DNA from: an uncultured Candidatus Saccharibacteria bacterium
Lineage (GTDB): Bacteria > Patescibacteriota > Saccharimonadia > Saccharimonadales > CAIOMD01
Direction: 5' to 3'
Assembly: GCA_964566135.1 (NCBI GenBank)
Contig: CAZMHM010000001.1
Span: forward strand, 197,829-261,828
DNA length: 64,000 nt
Made by a program: the position numbers and the translations under genes. Under the pieces are notes generated by a model. The model was not told where the DNA came from and made no database searches. It saw nothing but the letters and a program-made list of their open reading frames with translations. Position 1 is the first letter of the stretch. Each line of letters opens with the position of its first letter. Positions 10,205-19,877 of this stretch are shown piece by piece.

Positions 10205-11329
10205 ATGTTATACGCCGCAAGCAAAATAGGCGGTAAAACCTATAAAAAAATTGCTAAACCGATTCTCTTTAAATTCTCGCCTGATTCGGTCCATACAAGC
10301 ATAACTAAAGCAGGTAAGATAACGGCTGCACTTCCTCCGGCACGGCTGGCCCTCAGACGCCTACTGGCATATAGAAATGATGCCTTTTTAGGACAGACAA
10401 TTAGTGGAGTATATTACAAGAACCCAATCGGCTTATCAGCCGGTTTTGACAAAAATTTCGAATTGCTTAAACTTCTGCCGAGCTTGGGGTTCGGCTTCGT
10501 AGAAGGTGGTTCGTTAACATATGGCGCGTCCCCGGGGAATAGTCGGCCACATTATCACCGACTACCCGAAAGTAAGTCGATTCTGGTCAATGCTGGGCTT
10601 AACAACGATGGCGTAAAAGTTATAATCGAGCGAATCAAAAAACAGAGCAAGCTAGAGTATCCATTAAATATTTCAGTTGCTAAAACTAACTCGACTGCCG
10701 CCAATACAGAGCAAAAGGGGATAGATGATTATTGTCGAAGTCTTGCGGAGCTACAAAAGGCTAGCGTAGGCGATCTTATAACCCTCAATATATCGTGCCC
10801 AAACGCATTTGGCGGGGAACCATTCACTGACGCGACGAAGCTTGAGCATCTACTCACGCGGGTCGACGCACTAGCGTTAGATAAACCAATCTATGTCAAA
10901 ATGCCTATTGATAAACAATGGCCCGAGTTCAAAAAGCTGCTCCAGGTCATCGTCAAACATCGTGTTGCAGGAGTAACCATCGGCAACCTTGCAAAAAACC
11001 GTAATAACCCAGCACTCACGTCACCAATACCGGATGAATGGGCAGGCAATATGAGCGGTAAACCAACATGGGAGTTAAGCAATGACCTTATATATAACAC
11101 CTATAAACATTACGGGAAGACACTGGTTATCGTTGGCGTTGGAGGTGTCTTTAGTGCTCAGGATGCGTATGAAAAAATCAAGCGAGGAGCTAGCCTCGTT
11201 GAGCTCATAACTGGTCTTATTTTTGAAGGACCGCAACTAATTGGCCAGATAAACAAAGGGTTAGTAGAGCTTGCAAAAGCTGATGGCTACCAGCATATAT
11301 CTGATGCGATTGGTAATTACCACCGATAA
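10205..11329 (+). CDS. pyrD: dihydroorotate dehydrogenase, class 2 (quinone-type)
   Basis: GLSAGFDKNFE, GFVEGGSLT, LVNAGLNNDG, NISCPN, GVGGVFSAQDAYEKIKRGASLVELITGLIFEGP. Start chosen at the internal ATG (MLYAAS); the track start at 10145 is GTG. Confidence 0.85.
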   Translation: MLYAASKIGGKTYKKIAKPILFKFSPDSVHTSITKAGKITAALPPARLALRRLLAYRNDAFLGQTISGVYYKNPIGLSAGFDKNFELLKLLPSLGFGFVEGGSLTYGASPGNSRPHYHRLPESKSILVNAGLNNDGVKVIIERIKKQSKLEYPLNISVAKTNSTAANTEQKGIDDYCRSLAELQKASVGDLITLNISCPNAFGGEPFTDATKLEHLLTRVDALALDKPIYVKMPIDKQWPEFKKLLQVIVKHRVAGVTIGNLAKNRNNPALTSPIPDEWAGNMSGKPTWELSNDLIYNTYKHYGKTLVIVGVGGVFSAQDAYEKIKRGASLVELITGLIFEGPQLIGQINKGLVELAKADGYQHISDAIGNYHR

Positions 11330-11391
11330 CGGTATTTCATCAGAAATCTCTCAGTTTTATCTTGTATTATGCGTGGGTAGGAGGAAAAATA

Positions 11392-11661
11392 ATGTTACAC
11401 CAAGGCTCACAGTACTACCGCGGAGATTTTCCGATGGAGCATGTGCGAGTTGACGATAATCATTGGTTTACCCTTGTCAGTTTTGTCGTCTTCATAGCTA
11501 TAGTTAGCGCAACGCTACTAGTAGTCTATAAGATTGCGACAAAAAACACTGCTGCGAGCCAGGGTAAAGCCCCCATTGATATCGCCAAAGAACGCTATGC
11601 GAAAGGCGAAATCAACAAGGAAGAACTGGCTGACATTAAAAAAGAACTCGCTAGTAAATAG
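11392..11661 (+). CDS. small membrane protein with C-terminal SHOCT domain
   Basis: AGGAGG lies 6 nt upstream of ATG 11392. One TM (WFTLVSFVVFIAIVSATLLVVY). C-terminal KERYAKGEINKEELADIKKEL is SHOCT-like. Confidence 0.6.
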   Translation: MLHQGSQYYRGDFPMEHVRVDDNHWFTLVSFVVFIAIVSATLLVVYKIATKNTAASQGKAPIDIAKERYAKGEINKEELADIKKELASK

Positions 11662-11709
11662 CACGAGCCTTCACTTAATGTAATTGTCCCAACACCCTCC
11701 GGGATAATT

Positions 11710-11740
11710 AAAAAACCGCATCATACGATGCGGTTTTTTG
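11710..11740. terminator. bidirectional intrinsic terminator between convergent genes
   Basis: AAAAAACCGCATC-ATAC-GATGCGGTTTTTT: perfect stem flanked by an A-run and a T-run. Confidence 0.75.
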
Positions 11741-11759
11741 TATGCAATAAATTTACGAA

Positions 11760-12290
11760 TTATTTGCGCTTTTTAGCAACTTTTTTTGCAGGTTTCTTAA
11801 CCGAAGTTAGGCTAACAGCGTAAAGATATGCGACAAGCGCAACTGCTGCAGCTGCAAATAAGCCTAGTGCAGACCAAAAGGCGATAACACCCATGAGACC
11901 CCAACCATATGCGCTCAACAATAGTCCACGAAGCGTCTCGCCCATGAACAATGTCTGGCGTTGTCCGGCCAATGTTTGGTTAGTCTTATCTTTTTGGAAT
12001 TCACCACTGACTTCTGAATATGTCTTGCCGTTAGCAACTTTTGCTAGGTGACCTTTGATGTACTGCGAGTAAGCGTACGCCTCGGTACCAGTATCTACCG
12101 CTTGGCCGCCATATTTAGCTAAGTCTGCATCGCCTTCAGCCTTAAGTTGGTCTGCTGATGGAAATGTAATTTTTTGCTCGGCTAAATTATCATGAACCAT
12201 ATTCCTGGCAAACGAACTGCCCCAAAAAACTAGCCCACCCGCTACCGCCAGCACAATTGCCGCTATTAGTAATACGTACCTTTTAAACAT
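11760..12290 (-). CDS. hypothetical membrane protein (N- and C-terminal TM, Lys-rich tail)
   Basis: Start moved to the ATG at 12290, which is preceded by AAAAGGAGCAATCCAC. The track ORF extends upstream without an RBS. Confidence 0.6.
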   Translation of the reverse strand: MFKRYVLLIAAIVLAVAGGLVFWGSSFARNMVHDNLAEQKITFPSADQLKAEGDADLAKYGGQAVDTGTEAYAYSQYIKGHLAKVANGKTYSEVSGEFQKDKTNQTLAGQRQTLFMGETLRGLLLSAYGWGLMGVIAFWSALGLFAAAAVALVAYLYAVSLTSVKKPAKKVAKKRK

Positions 12291-12430
12291 GTGGATTGCT
12301 CCTTTTATTTTTATACTTATAAGCATAAGCGTACACCAAAGACCCATTGTTGTAAATATGACCATTACTTAATAAGGCTAAGTAATGCCTTTGCTTTAGA
12401 AAAACAGATAAAAGGGGTACTATATAGGTC

Positions 12431-13171
12431 ATGGCACTTAAACATCTAGCTATACCAGTAAAGCTAACGTTTAAAAACAAAAAAGAAATTACACCGGGTG
12501 TTTACGCATTTTCGTTTACGCCTGATGAACCGCTGCACTGGAAGGCGGGGCAACATGGCATTTTTGAAATTACACTTATAAATGGCAAGACAGGCCGCAA
12601 ACCTTTTTCGATTTCATCAGCACCGAGCGAAAAAGAAGTTACGCTAACCACCAGGTTCAACCCGGTATATGCGAGCGTATTCAAACAGTCACTTATGAAA
12701 TTAAAAAAGGGTGACCCCGTAAAACTACGAGGACCAATTGGTGCGCTCCATGCTAGGCGTCCCAACCATAAGTACGCACTCCTCGCAACGGGTATCGGCA
12801 TTACGCCATTTCGATCATTGCTTGTACAGCTAAATCATGAAGATAAACAAAACAAAGTAACTCTGTTCTATGTTGGCAATAAGGATAATCATTTTTACAA
12901 AGAAGATCTTGCTGAAATTAAAAGCAAAATGCCAAACGTCACTATCTGCTACATATATAAACCTGAACGCATAACAGGACATATTATCGAAGAGCAGCTG
13001 GGGACGGAAATACAAGATACAATCTTTTTACTATCAGGCTCTAAGAGTATGGTAAAGAGCTACCGACGCACTCTGCAAGGACTTGGGGTGTCACGCAAGA
13101 GAATCAAAAGCGATACATTCTTAGGTCTACGTTCAAGCGCACAACTAGCTGAGCTTGAAGAGCAAAAATAA
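12431..13171 (+). CDS. FNR-like FAD/NAD(P)-binding oxidoreductase
   Basis: RKPFSISS (RxYS-type flavin motif) and LLATGIGITPFRSLL (NAD(P)-binding GxGxxP). Confidence 0.75.
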   Translation: MALKHLAIPVKLTFKNKKEITPGVYAFSFTPDEPLHWKAGQHGIFEITLINGKTGRKPFSISSAPSEKEVTLTTRFNPVYASVFKQSLMKLKKGDPVKLRGPIGALHARRPNHKYALLATGIGITPFRSLLVQLNHEDKQNKVTLFYVGNKDNHFYKEDLAEIKSKMPNVTICYIYKPERITGHIIEEQLGTEIQDTIFLLSGSKSMVKSYRRTLQGLGVSRKRIKSDTFLGLRSSAQLAELEEQK

Positions 13172-13172
13172 A

Positions 13173-13195
13173 ATGCCCCGCAAAATGCGAGGCAT
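13173..13195. terminator. hairpin between convergent genes (probable terminator)
   Basis: ATGCCCCGCA-AAA-TGCGAGGCAT (one mismatch), followed by a T-rich tract. Confidence 0.5.
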
Positions 13196-13214
13196 CGTAT
13201 TTAGTTTAGATTTT

Positions 13215-13631
13215 TTACTCTAAGTGAGCAGCTTCATCACCATGAACAATCAAAGCGTAGATGACTAGTACATCTAGCACGATGACCACTGCTGACCACC
13301 ATGGGTATGCAGAAAAGAACAACAGGTTAGCAAGCATACTAAGACCTGCAAATAGAACACCGACTACGCGACCCCATGCCTTGCCAGAAAACAGGGCCAG
13401 GCCTGCGCAAAAGACAACCGCACCAAGCACTAGATGAATCCAGCCCCACTGCGTTACGTCAACTTTGACAATCCATTCTGGCAATACGACGTAGTATGAG
13501 TCTTTTAAGATTGCTGTTAATCCCTGGAGCATTTGGAAGAATCCAACAAACACCATGATAAACGCCGCAAAATAGACCCAGCCTATCCAGCCAGATACAT
13601 CCGCTGCACTAGTTGTTTTTTTTGCCATACG
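13215..13631 (-). CDS. 4-TM membrane protein (DUF7144-like, actinobacterial type)
   Basis: AAAGGAGG upstream of ATG 13631. WIGWVYFAAFIMVFVGFFQMLQGL and WGWIHLVLGAVVFCAG pattern. Confidence 0.6.
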   Translation of the reverse strand, partial: RMAKKTTSAADVSGWIGWVYFAAFIMVFVGFFQMLQGLTAILKDSYYVVLPEWIVKVDVTQWGWIHLVLGAVVFCAGLALFSGKAWGRVVGVLFAGLSMLANLLFFSAYPWWSAVVIVLDVLVIYALIVHGDEAAHLE

Positions 13632-13697
13632 CACCAACCTCCTTTAGTTGTAATACTAGTTATGCGCCTGATAAAAGCTAATGTCAATAACAATTTT

Positions 13698-13976
13698 TTA
13701 GAACTGAGAGGTGGGGGAAGTCTGAACTATTTCGACGATTTTTTCGACGAATGGCCCAATGACGGGAACTTGATTGAACTGACTAAGTACCCAGATAACG
13801 AGTGCGACAACAATAGTACCACCAATGAAGATACCGAGTCCGTAAACGATACCGCGCAAGAATCCAAACCACAGGAATCGCTTAGGGTTCGCGTAGCCAA
13901 TTAGGTAAACCTCTTCAAGAGCTTTACCAAGTTTTTCGTAATCTTTGGGGGTCATTTTCTTTGCAGATTGTGTCAT
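13698..13976 (-). CDS. small 2-TM protein (DUF5665-like)
   Basis: PKRFLWFGFLRGIVYGLGIFIGGTIVVALVIWVL. Confidence 0.5.
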   Translation of the reverse strand: MTQSAKKMTPKDYEKLGKALEEVYLIGYANPKRFLWFGFLRGIVYGLGIFIGGTIVVALVIWVLSQFNQVPVIGPFVEKIVEIVQTSPTSQF

Positions 13977-14026
13977 ACCATTATTGTAGCGCGTAGTCGT
14001 TACTATAGTGCTAAAATTAAGTTCTT

Positions 14027-14404
14027 ATGCTCGATATTCCAGATTCACAGTTCGAAACGCTTGTTTCGCAGGCGATAGACTCGCTACCCGAAAGTTACAC
14101 GGATAACATGAAGAACGTTGCGATAGTCGTTGAGCATGATCCGTCGCCCGAACAAAGACAGAAGCTACATCTTGTCGACGGCGTAACGCTCTATGGCTTG
14201 TACGAAGGTATCCCGTTAACACAACGAAATGGTAATTATAGTCTAGTCTTACCAGATAAGATTACGATTTTTAAAAATCCAATAATCGACAGCAGTGTCG
14301 ACATGGCTGCGCTTGCCGAACAAATCAAGCGTACGGTTTGGCATGAGATTGCCCATCATTACGGGTTAGACCACTCCCGAATTGCCGAACTCGAACATAA
14401 ATAA
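14027..14404 (+). CDS. zincin-like metallopeptidase-family protein (DUF1025 type)
   Basis: C-terminal HExxH motif WHEIAHHYGLDH. Confidence 0.8.
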   Translation: MLDIPDSQFETLVSQAIDSLPESYTDNMKNVAIVVEHDPSPEQRQKLHLVDGVTLYGLYEGIPLTQRNGNYSLVLPDKITIFKNPIIDSSVDMAALAEQIKRTVWHEIAHHYGLDHSRIAELEHK

Positions 14405-14407
14405 ACA

Positions 14408-15166
14408 TTAGTCAACGAGCACGATACGACTCAGCTGCTTTGATAAGCCGCTGCGTGGATCTTCGCCCTGATAGGTTTTAATGCCAATCCAAATCGCATA
14501 GCCAACCAGCATAGTTACCTCACCAACAAGCGCGACATTAAACCAATGGATTGCCTGGGACGAACCAAACGTTAGCCAGCCGCCAACGATAATCATGACA
14601 AAGGATGTCATTTTAACGAATCTCGTTTTATTAGTGTTTTGGTTTTTGCGCGTCTTGCTAAGCAAAATATCAAAAATTACCGTTAGAGCAATACTGACAC
14701 CCGTAATCGTGACTCCCAAAAAATGGATGCGATACGGCCATGGATACCAGCTAACAGGGAATAATGCCACCATATACAGACCGAGTATCGTACATGTTAT
14801 AAGTGCCAAAATAGGGCGAGTTCGCTTTAATGTTCGTGCTAAATAATTGCGCCAGCGCCACAACCCGTAAGCGGCAAAGAACACAGAACCAGCAAAATAC
14901 GGTGCAGTTCGCACATCCATGCCAAAGTCACTAATCGCAGTCGAAAAATGTACCAGGTCCGGGCGAATTGCAAAGCAAACCAATATACCAATAAGCAGCA
15001 CTAAGATTGCTGCCAAGCCCCAAAAACGACCGTGTAGACGCCGAAAAAACCGAAAAATTAAGACATCATCAAGCAGTACCTGAAATCGATGCTTACGAAA
15101 CGTAAAATGATAGATTTTACCAGTGAATGATTTTGGCTTTTTAAGAGTTTTTCGTTTGCTAGCCAT
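14408..15166 (-). CDS. polytopic membrane protein, unknown function
   Basis: Start moved to MASKRKTLKK (ATG 15166). About 6 predicted TM helices. Confidence 0.55.
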   Translation of the reverse strand: MASKRKTLKKPKSFTGKIYHFTFRKHRFQVLLDDVLIFRFFRRLHGRFWGLAAILVLLIGILVCFAIRPDLVHFSTAISDFGMDVRTAPYFAGSVFFAAYGLWRWRNYLARTLKRTRPILALITCTILGLYMVALFPVSWYPWPYRIHFLGVTITGVSIALTVIFDILLSKTRKNQNTNKTRFVKMTSFVMIIVGGWLTFGSSQAIHWFNVALVGEVTMLVGYAIWIGIKTYQGEDPRSGLSKQLSRIVLVD

Positions 15167-15333
15167 AAGCGTATTGTAGCAGTAATAACAGATATAAAAC
15201 AAATACGACCCACAGATATGCAGGTCGTATTTTTTTGGTTTCGTTTGTGCCGGTAGGCTTACGCCCTCAACACAAGCATTGATTATACGCCCCTTATGCT
15301 TGCTCGCAAAACGATTGCAACAGATACGAATAT

Positions 15334-15362
15334 TTGATTATTATCGTAATTCGTTGTATAAT
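15334..15362 (+). promoter_or_regulatory. sigma70-type promoter
   Basis: TTGATT - 17 nt - TATAAT, located 25 nt upstream of ATG 15387. Confidence 0.5.
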
Positions 15363-15386
15363 TTGCTCATTATTTAGTGAGATTAC

Positions 15387-17300
15387 ATGGCCAACAATCA
15401 GCGAAGCAGATCATCACGAGTGGGAGCTTTCTTAGCCGCGGCGTCTCTTCCGCGCACTTTTCAACGGTCATTATTGCCACGTGATTCTGTAGATCAAGGT
15501 ATTGCAAGCGGGTTGGTACTTGCAATTGTATACGCCCTTGGCGTGGTCATCCAGGATGGCGTCGATATTAGTGCGGCTGCGATAGCCAAAGACGAATCTG
15601 GCCATATTAACGACAAAAAGCAGGGCAACTATTCGTTTTTACTGAGTCTCGCAGCTATTGGTACTGGCATCGCCCTCCAGCAAGCCTTTAAGCAAAAAGA
15701 CGAAGAGAACATTAATCGTGCACGAGCACGTACGGCAGGCTATTGGCTGACAGCTGTTGGTGCTGCAGGTGCTGCAGTAGATGCAATCGAGCAAGTGCCA
15801 AAGCTACTCAAAGAAGATGAGAATGAAACGGCTCACGAGTTACCGGCGCTTGTTATTCCTCTGATTGGGGCATTTATTGCAATTGTTAGTGAAAAAACTC
15901 GGCCAAAAATCGAGGAACGACCAGACCTAGCAGATGAAAATCAATCAATCGTAAAGTTGAAAGCACTTGGTATCGGCGCAGCGGTTGCAATTGTTATTGG
16001 AGTACTCTCGTTTGCCGAGGAGCGCGTCGCTCACAACATTGATAAACTCGCAGATAAATACGCACCACGAATTAAGCGCCGCTGGTTGCCAATCGGACAT
16101 GTTATCGCGCTAGGTGGCCTCGTGACCGGAATTACTTTCTTAATGCGGCGAACCTATCGCAAGATTGAAAGTGGTGCCGAACAATTAGAAACTGCAATCA
16201 GCGCTATGCCAACTTCGCGGTACGTCAGTGGTAGTGCCGAAAGTTTTGTTCAATGGAATACAATGTCAGTACAGGGCAGGCGCCATATCGCAAGCCAACG
16301 CACGCCAGAAGATATAAGCGACGTTATGGGTGAATGGGCGCAAACTCCAATTAGAGTATTTGTTGGGCTAGATAGCGCACCGACAGAGCAAGAACGTGTT
16401 GATCTCGCACTTGCTGAACTGCGTCGAACGAATGCTTTCGAGCGCGAATTCCTTATCGTGGTTTCGCCGACTGGGACTGGGTACGTGAACTATATCTTTA
16501 GTGAATCAGTAGAATATCTCACCCGAGGTAATTGCGCATCTGTCACGATTCAATATTCAAAGCGACCATCACCACTTTCGCTCGACCAAGTGCCCGAGGG
16601 CCGTCATCACTATCGTATGCTGCTCAATGGCATCCGTCGCGAGCTAAAAAATCGCCCCGCAGATCAGCGTCCAAAAATAATTATGTTTGGCGAAAGCCTT
16701 GGCGCTTGGACAAGCCAAGACGCATTTATGAACGAAGGAACTGATGGCTTTGAAGCCCTTGGCATTCATCGCGCACTGTGGATTGGCACGCCGGCTCGCA
16801 GCAAGTGGAAAGAGCAAGTACGCCCCGAACGACATCGACTCAATGTTACACACGAAGAAATTGGTGTATTCAACGATTACGGTCAGTACATGGCACTTTC
16901 ACAAGACGCAAAAGATAAACTTAAGTACATTATGATTACGCACTATAACGATCCCGTTGCTCATTTTGACAGCTCATTGCTCGTGCAAGCACCTGCGTGG
17001 CTTGCAAGCGACAGAAGCAAACGCCCAAGCAGTGTACCCAAGACAACTCGTTGGAGAACACCAACAACGTTTATTCACACGCTTATCGACATGAAGAATG
17101 CACTAAAGCCGATTCCGGGGCAATTTGTCGCTACTGGCCATGATTATCGTGGCGATTTAGCGAATTTCGTAAATAGCACTCTGCAGGTGCCGACAAGTGC
17201 CGAGCAGCTTGCTAATGTCGAAGCAGCGCTCAGGCGAAACGAAAAACAACAAGCCGAAATGCTTGCAAAGCACGCACAAAACGAATCCGAAGACGTATAA
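15387..17300 (+). CDS. membrane-anchored alpha/beta-hydrolase family protein (Abhydrolase_9-like)
   Basis: N-terminal multi-TM region, then a C-terminal hydrolase fold with nucleophile elbow MFGESLGAWTS. Confidence 0.7.
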   Translation: MANNQRSRSSRVGAFLAAASLPRTFQRSLLPRDSVDQGIASGLVLAIVYALGVVIQDGVDISAAAIAKDESGHINDKKQGNYSFLLSLAAIGTGIALQQAFKQKDEENINRARARTAGYWLTAVGAAGAAVDAIEQVPKLLKEDENETAHELPALVIPLIGAFIAIVSEKTRPKIEERPDLADENQSIVKLKALGIGAAVAIVIGVLSFAEERVAHNIDKLADKYAPRIKRRWLPIGHVIALGGLVTGITFLMRRTYRKIESGAEQLETAISAMPTSRYVSGSAESFVQWNTMSVQGRRHIASQRTPEDISDVMGEWAQTPIRVFVGLDSAPTEQERVDLALAELRRTNAFEREFLIVVSPTGTGYVNYIFSESVEYLTRGNCASVTIQYSKRPSPLSLDQVPEGRHHYRMLLNGIRRELKNRPADQRPKIIMFGESLGAWTSQDAFMNEGTDGFEALGIHRALWIGTPARSKWKEQVRPERHRLNVTHEEIGVFNDYGQYMALSQDAKDKLKYIMITHYNDPVAHFDSSLLVQAPAWLASDRSKRPSSVPKTTRWRTPTTFIHTLIDMKNALKPIPGQFVATGHDYRGDLANFVNSTLQVPTSAEQLANVEAALRRNEKQQAEMLAKHAQNESEDV

Positions 17301-17330
17301 TTAAGCTAATGGCAAAACGCGGGGGACTGT

Positions 17331-18059
17331 ATGGTTAGCGAAAGCTTGGCGCAAGAACTTGTGCTGGTTATTCTGATTTTGTTGTACGGTACGGTACTCG
17401 CGCGGCTTGTGCCACGTAAATTTCATGTATATCTCAATATTTCTATCGCTCTTGTAGCAATTCTACTTGGTATCGCCTTCAACGTTACGCTCGAGCAAAT
17501 GGGTCTTGGGCTACAGCATATATTGCCAGGTATTTACGTTGCGATTGGAGCATCGCTTATCATTACGGTTGCGACACTTATTATCTCTGCGATTCCGCCG
17601 CTGCGACATTATTTTTTGGGTGATGATTTGGCGCATGCAAGCGGTAAGCTCATCGCATTTGAAGCGGCGATTCGTATTCCGCTGAGCACAGCGCTCATAG
17701 AAGAAATACTCTTCCGTGGTGTACTGCTCGGTTTATTGCTACTTAACAATAGTACGTTTGTTGCGGTACTTGTATCGGCAATCATTTTTGGGCTATGGCA
17801 TGTTTTTCCAACTATCAATACCATCGAAAGCAATGATGGTGTTGCTGACAAAATCCAAAATATAAAATCGCGTAAAGCCGGTTCGGTCCTTGGCGTAATT
17901 ATCGTCACGACGATTGCCGGTCTGTTTTTTGGATGGCTCAGAATTGCCGCAAATAGCGTACTGGCACCATGGCTACTCCATTGGTCTATCAACGCAAGTG
18001 GCGTACTTGGTATTGCTGTAGCCCGTAAGCTTGAGCATAAAAAAACCACCGATGGCTAA
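17331..18059 (+). CDS. CPBP family intramembrane glutamic endopeptidase
   Basis: EEILFRGVLLG, FGLWH and HWSINA motifs. Confidence 0.85.
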   Translation: MVSESLAQELVLVILILLYGTVLARLVPRKFHVYLNISIALVAILLGIAFNVTLEQMGLGLQHILPGIYVAIGASLIITVATLIISAIPPLRHYFLGDDLAHASGKLIAFEAAIRIPLSTALIEEILFRGVLLGLLLLNNSTFVAVLVSAIIFGLWHVFPTINTIESNDGVADKIQNIKSRKAGSVLGVIIVTTIAGLFFGWLRIAANSVLAPWLLHWSINASGVLGIAVARKLEHKKTTDG

Positions 18060-18080
18060 AACTTGCTATAGTAAGGTCAT

Positions 18081-19877
18081 ATGAGTTGGGCAAAACGGCT
18101 ACTTGCTATTGGTATAATGTGTTCGATTTTTGGGATTGTCGCACATACGCACGCCCAAAACACCCAAAACTTTACGATTTCTACATTCAATGCCAACTAC
18201 GTCTTATCTCGCTCAACAACTGGTGTCAGCGACATGCTCGTTAACGAATATATCACGGCACAATTTCCGAACTTCGATCAAAATCACGGCATTATACGTT
18301 CGATTCCCCAAACATACGGCGATAATAAGCTAAATTTGCGTATACTAGGGGTCGACAAATCAAGAAATGCTAACGACATAAATGTGCAGCAATGGCCATA
18401 CAGCACCAGCACCGATAACAGTAATGAAGTACTAAAAATCGGCGATGCTAACCAGTTTGTACGTGGACAACAAACATTTCATATCAGCTACCAACTCAGC
18501 AATGTTATTAAAAGTTACCCGGACCACGACGAACTCTATTGGGACATTAATGGTGATGCCTGGCAACAACCAATCAATAGTGTAACCGTTCAGCTTGGCA
18601 TGTCACCAGACGTAGCCGAGGCATCTGGTGAGCTAAAGTGTTTTACTGGCGAATTTGGTAGCAAAGCTCAAAACTGTACAATCAGCAAACAAGGTAACGT
18701 TGTGCTCGCAAGTGCCAACCAGCCCTTGTCTGCAGGCGAGAATCTAAGCATTGTCGTTTCGTTCAAGGCTGGAACGTTTACCGTTCATAAGCAAACGTTT
18801 CTCGAAAAATACCTCATCACAATTATCGCGCTCGGCGTGCTATTTCTATTGCCATTAGCTACATTTTTGTTCATGTTTAACAAATGGCGCAAATATGGCC
18901 GTGATCCAAAGGGGAGGGGGACTATTGTTGCGCAATATGACCCACCAAAAAATACATCTGTACTTATCAATGATTTAGTCCTGAAAGAAAAGGGTAGGCC
19001 GCTTGCTGCAACTGCACAGCTTATCAACCTTGCTGTTCGTGGTTATGTCCGTATTATTGATAACGCCGAAGAGCCTGGCGGCTCATCGTCGGACTTTACC
19101 CTTGAACTCGTGAAGGCCCCTGCAGATCTAGCCGCAGAAGAGCAAGAAGTACTCGCAATGTATTTTGGCAGCACGAGTACTGTCGGAACTACCGTTAATG
19201 TCAAGGACCTCAAAAATTCACTCAGCAAAAAGCTTACTGATGTGAACAATGCAGTTAATCAACTTGCAAGCGACAAAGGTCTATTTGCAACGAACCCACA
19301 AAAAATCAGTCGTAGATATTACGGCTCGGCTACGTTTATGATGACCATTGGGTTCATTGGGTTCTTTATTGGATTATATTTTGCTGTAATTGGTGCCAGC
19401 CTCATTATTGCTGGAGTTGTAGTGCTTATTTTTGCCAGAATCATGCCCGCCAGAACGCAAGCAGGTGTTGAGTTACACGATTACTTACTTGGTCTGAAGC
19501 TTTACATACAAATGGCCGAGCAAGAACGCATTAGGTTTCATCAAACCCCCGATAGAGCCGAACGACGTCGCATTGACGTTAAAGACCCAAAGCAAATGGT
19601 TAGGTTATTTGAGGATTTGCTGCCGTACGCCATGCTGTTTGGCATGGAAAAAGAGTGGGGTAAACAGTTTGAGCAATTGTATACCGCGCCACCAGATTGG
19701 TATGCCGGTAATTGGACTGCATTTAACACAGGGTACCTAGTCGGTAGCCTGGGGGATTTCAATACCGCAAATGCACTAAGTTTTTCGCCACCCGCTAGTA
19801 GTGGAGGCAGTGGCTTTAGTGGTGGCGGTGGCTTCTCCGGCGGTGGCGGCGGTGGCGGTGGTGGCGGTGGCTGGTAG
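18081..19877 (+). CDS. DUF2207-domain membrane protein with Gly-rich C-terminal tail
   Basis: Signal peptide, extracellular N-domain, TM cluster, and terminal SGGSGFSGGGGFSGGGGGGGGGGGW typical of DUF2207 proteins. Confidence 0.8.
   Translation: MSWAKRLLAIGIMCSIFGIVAHTHAQNTQNFTISTFNANYVLSRSTTGVSDMLVNEYITAQFPNFDQNHGIIRSIPQTYGDNKLNLRILGVDKSRNANDINVQQWPYSTSTDNSNEVLKIGDANQFVRGQQTFHISYQLSNVIKSYPDHDELYWDINGDAWQQPINSVTVQLGMSPDVAEASGELKCFTGEFGSKAQNCTISKQGNVVLASANQPLSAGENLSIVVSFKAGTFTVHKQTFLEKYLITIIALGVLFLLPLATFLFMFNKWRKYGRDPKGRGTIVAQYDPPKNTSVLINDLVLKEKGRPLAATAQLINLAVRGYVRIIDNAEEPGGSSSDFTLELVKAPADLAAEEQEVLAMYFGSTSTVGTTVNVKDLKNSLSKKLTDVNNAVNQLASDKGLFATNPQKISRRYYGSATFMMTIGFIGFFIGLYFAVIGASLIIAGVVVLIFARIMPARTQAGVELHDYLLGLKLYIQMAEQERIRFHQTPDRAERRRIDVKDPKQMVRLFEDLLPYAMLFGMEKEWGKQFEQLYTAPPDWYAGNWTAFNTGYLVGSLGDFNTANALSFSPPASSGGSGFSGGGGFSGGGGGGGGGGGW

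Noticed and set aside
19801-19860. ATG at 19801 as the msrA start (track ORF).
   Set aside because: It would add a ~20-aa Ala/Val run translated from the off-frame Gly-codon repeat of the upstream gene. The in-frame GTGs at 19861/19867, just before the conserved N-terminus, are more plausible.
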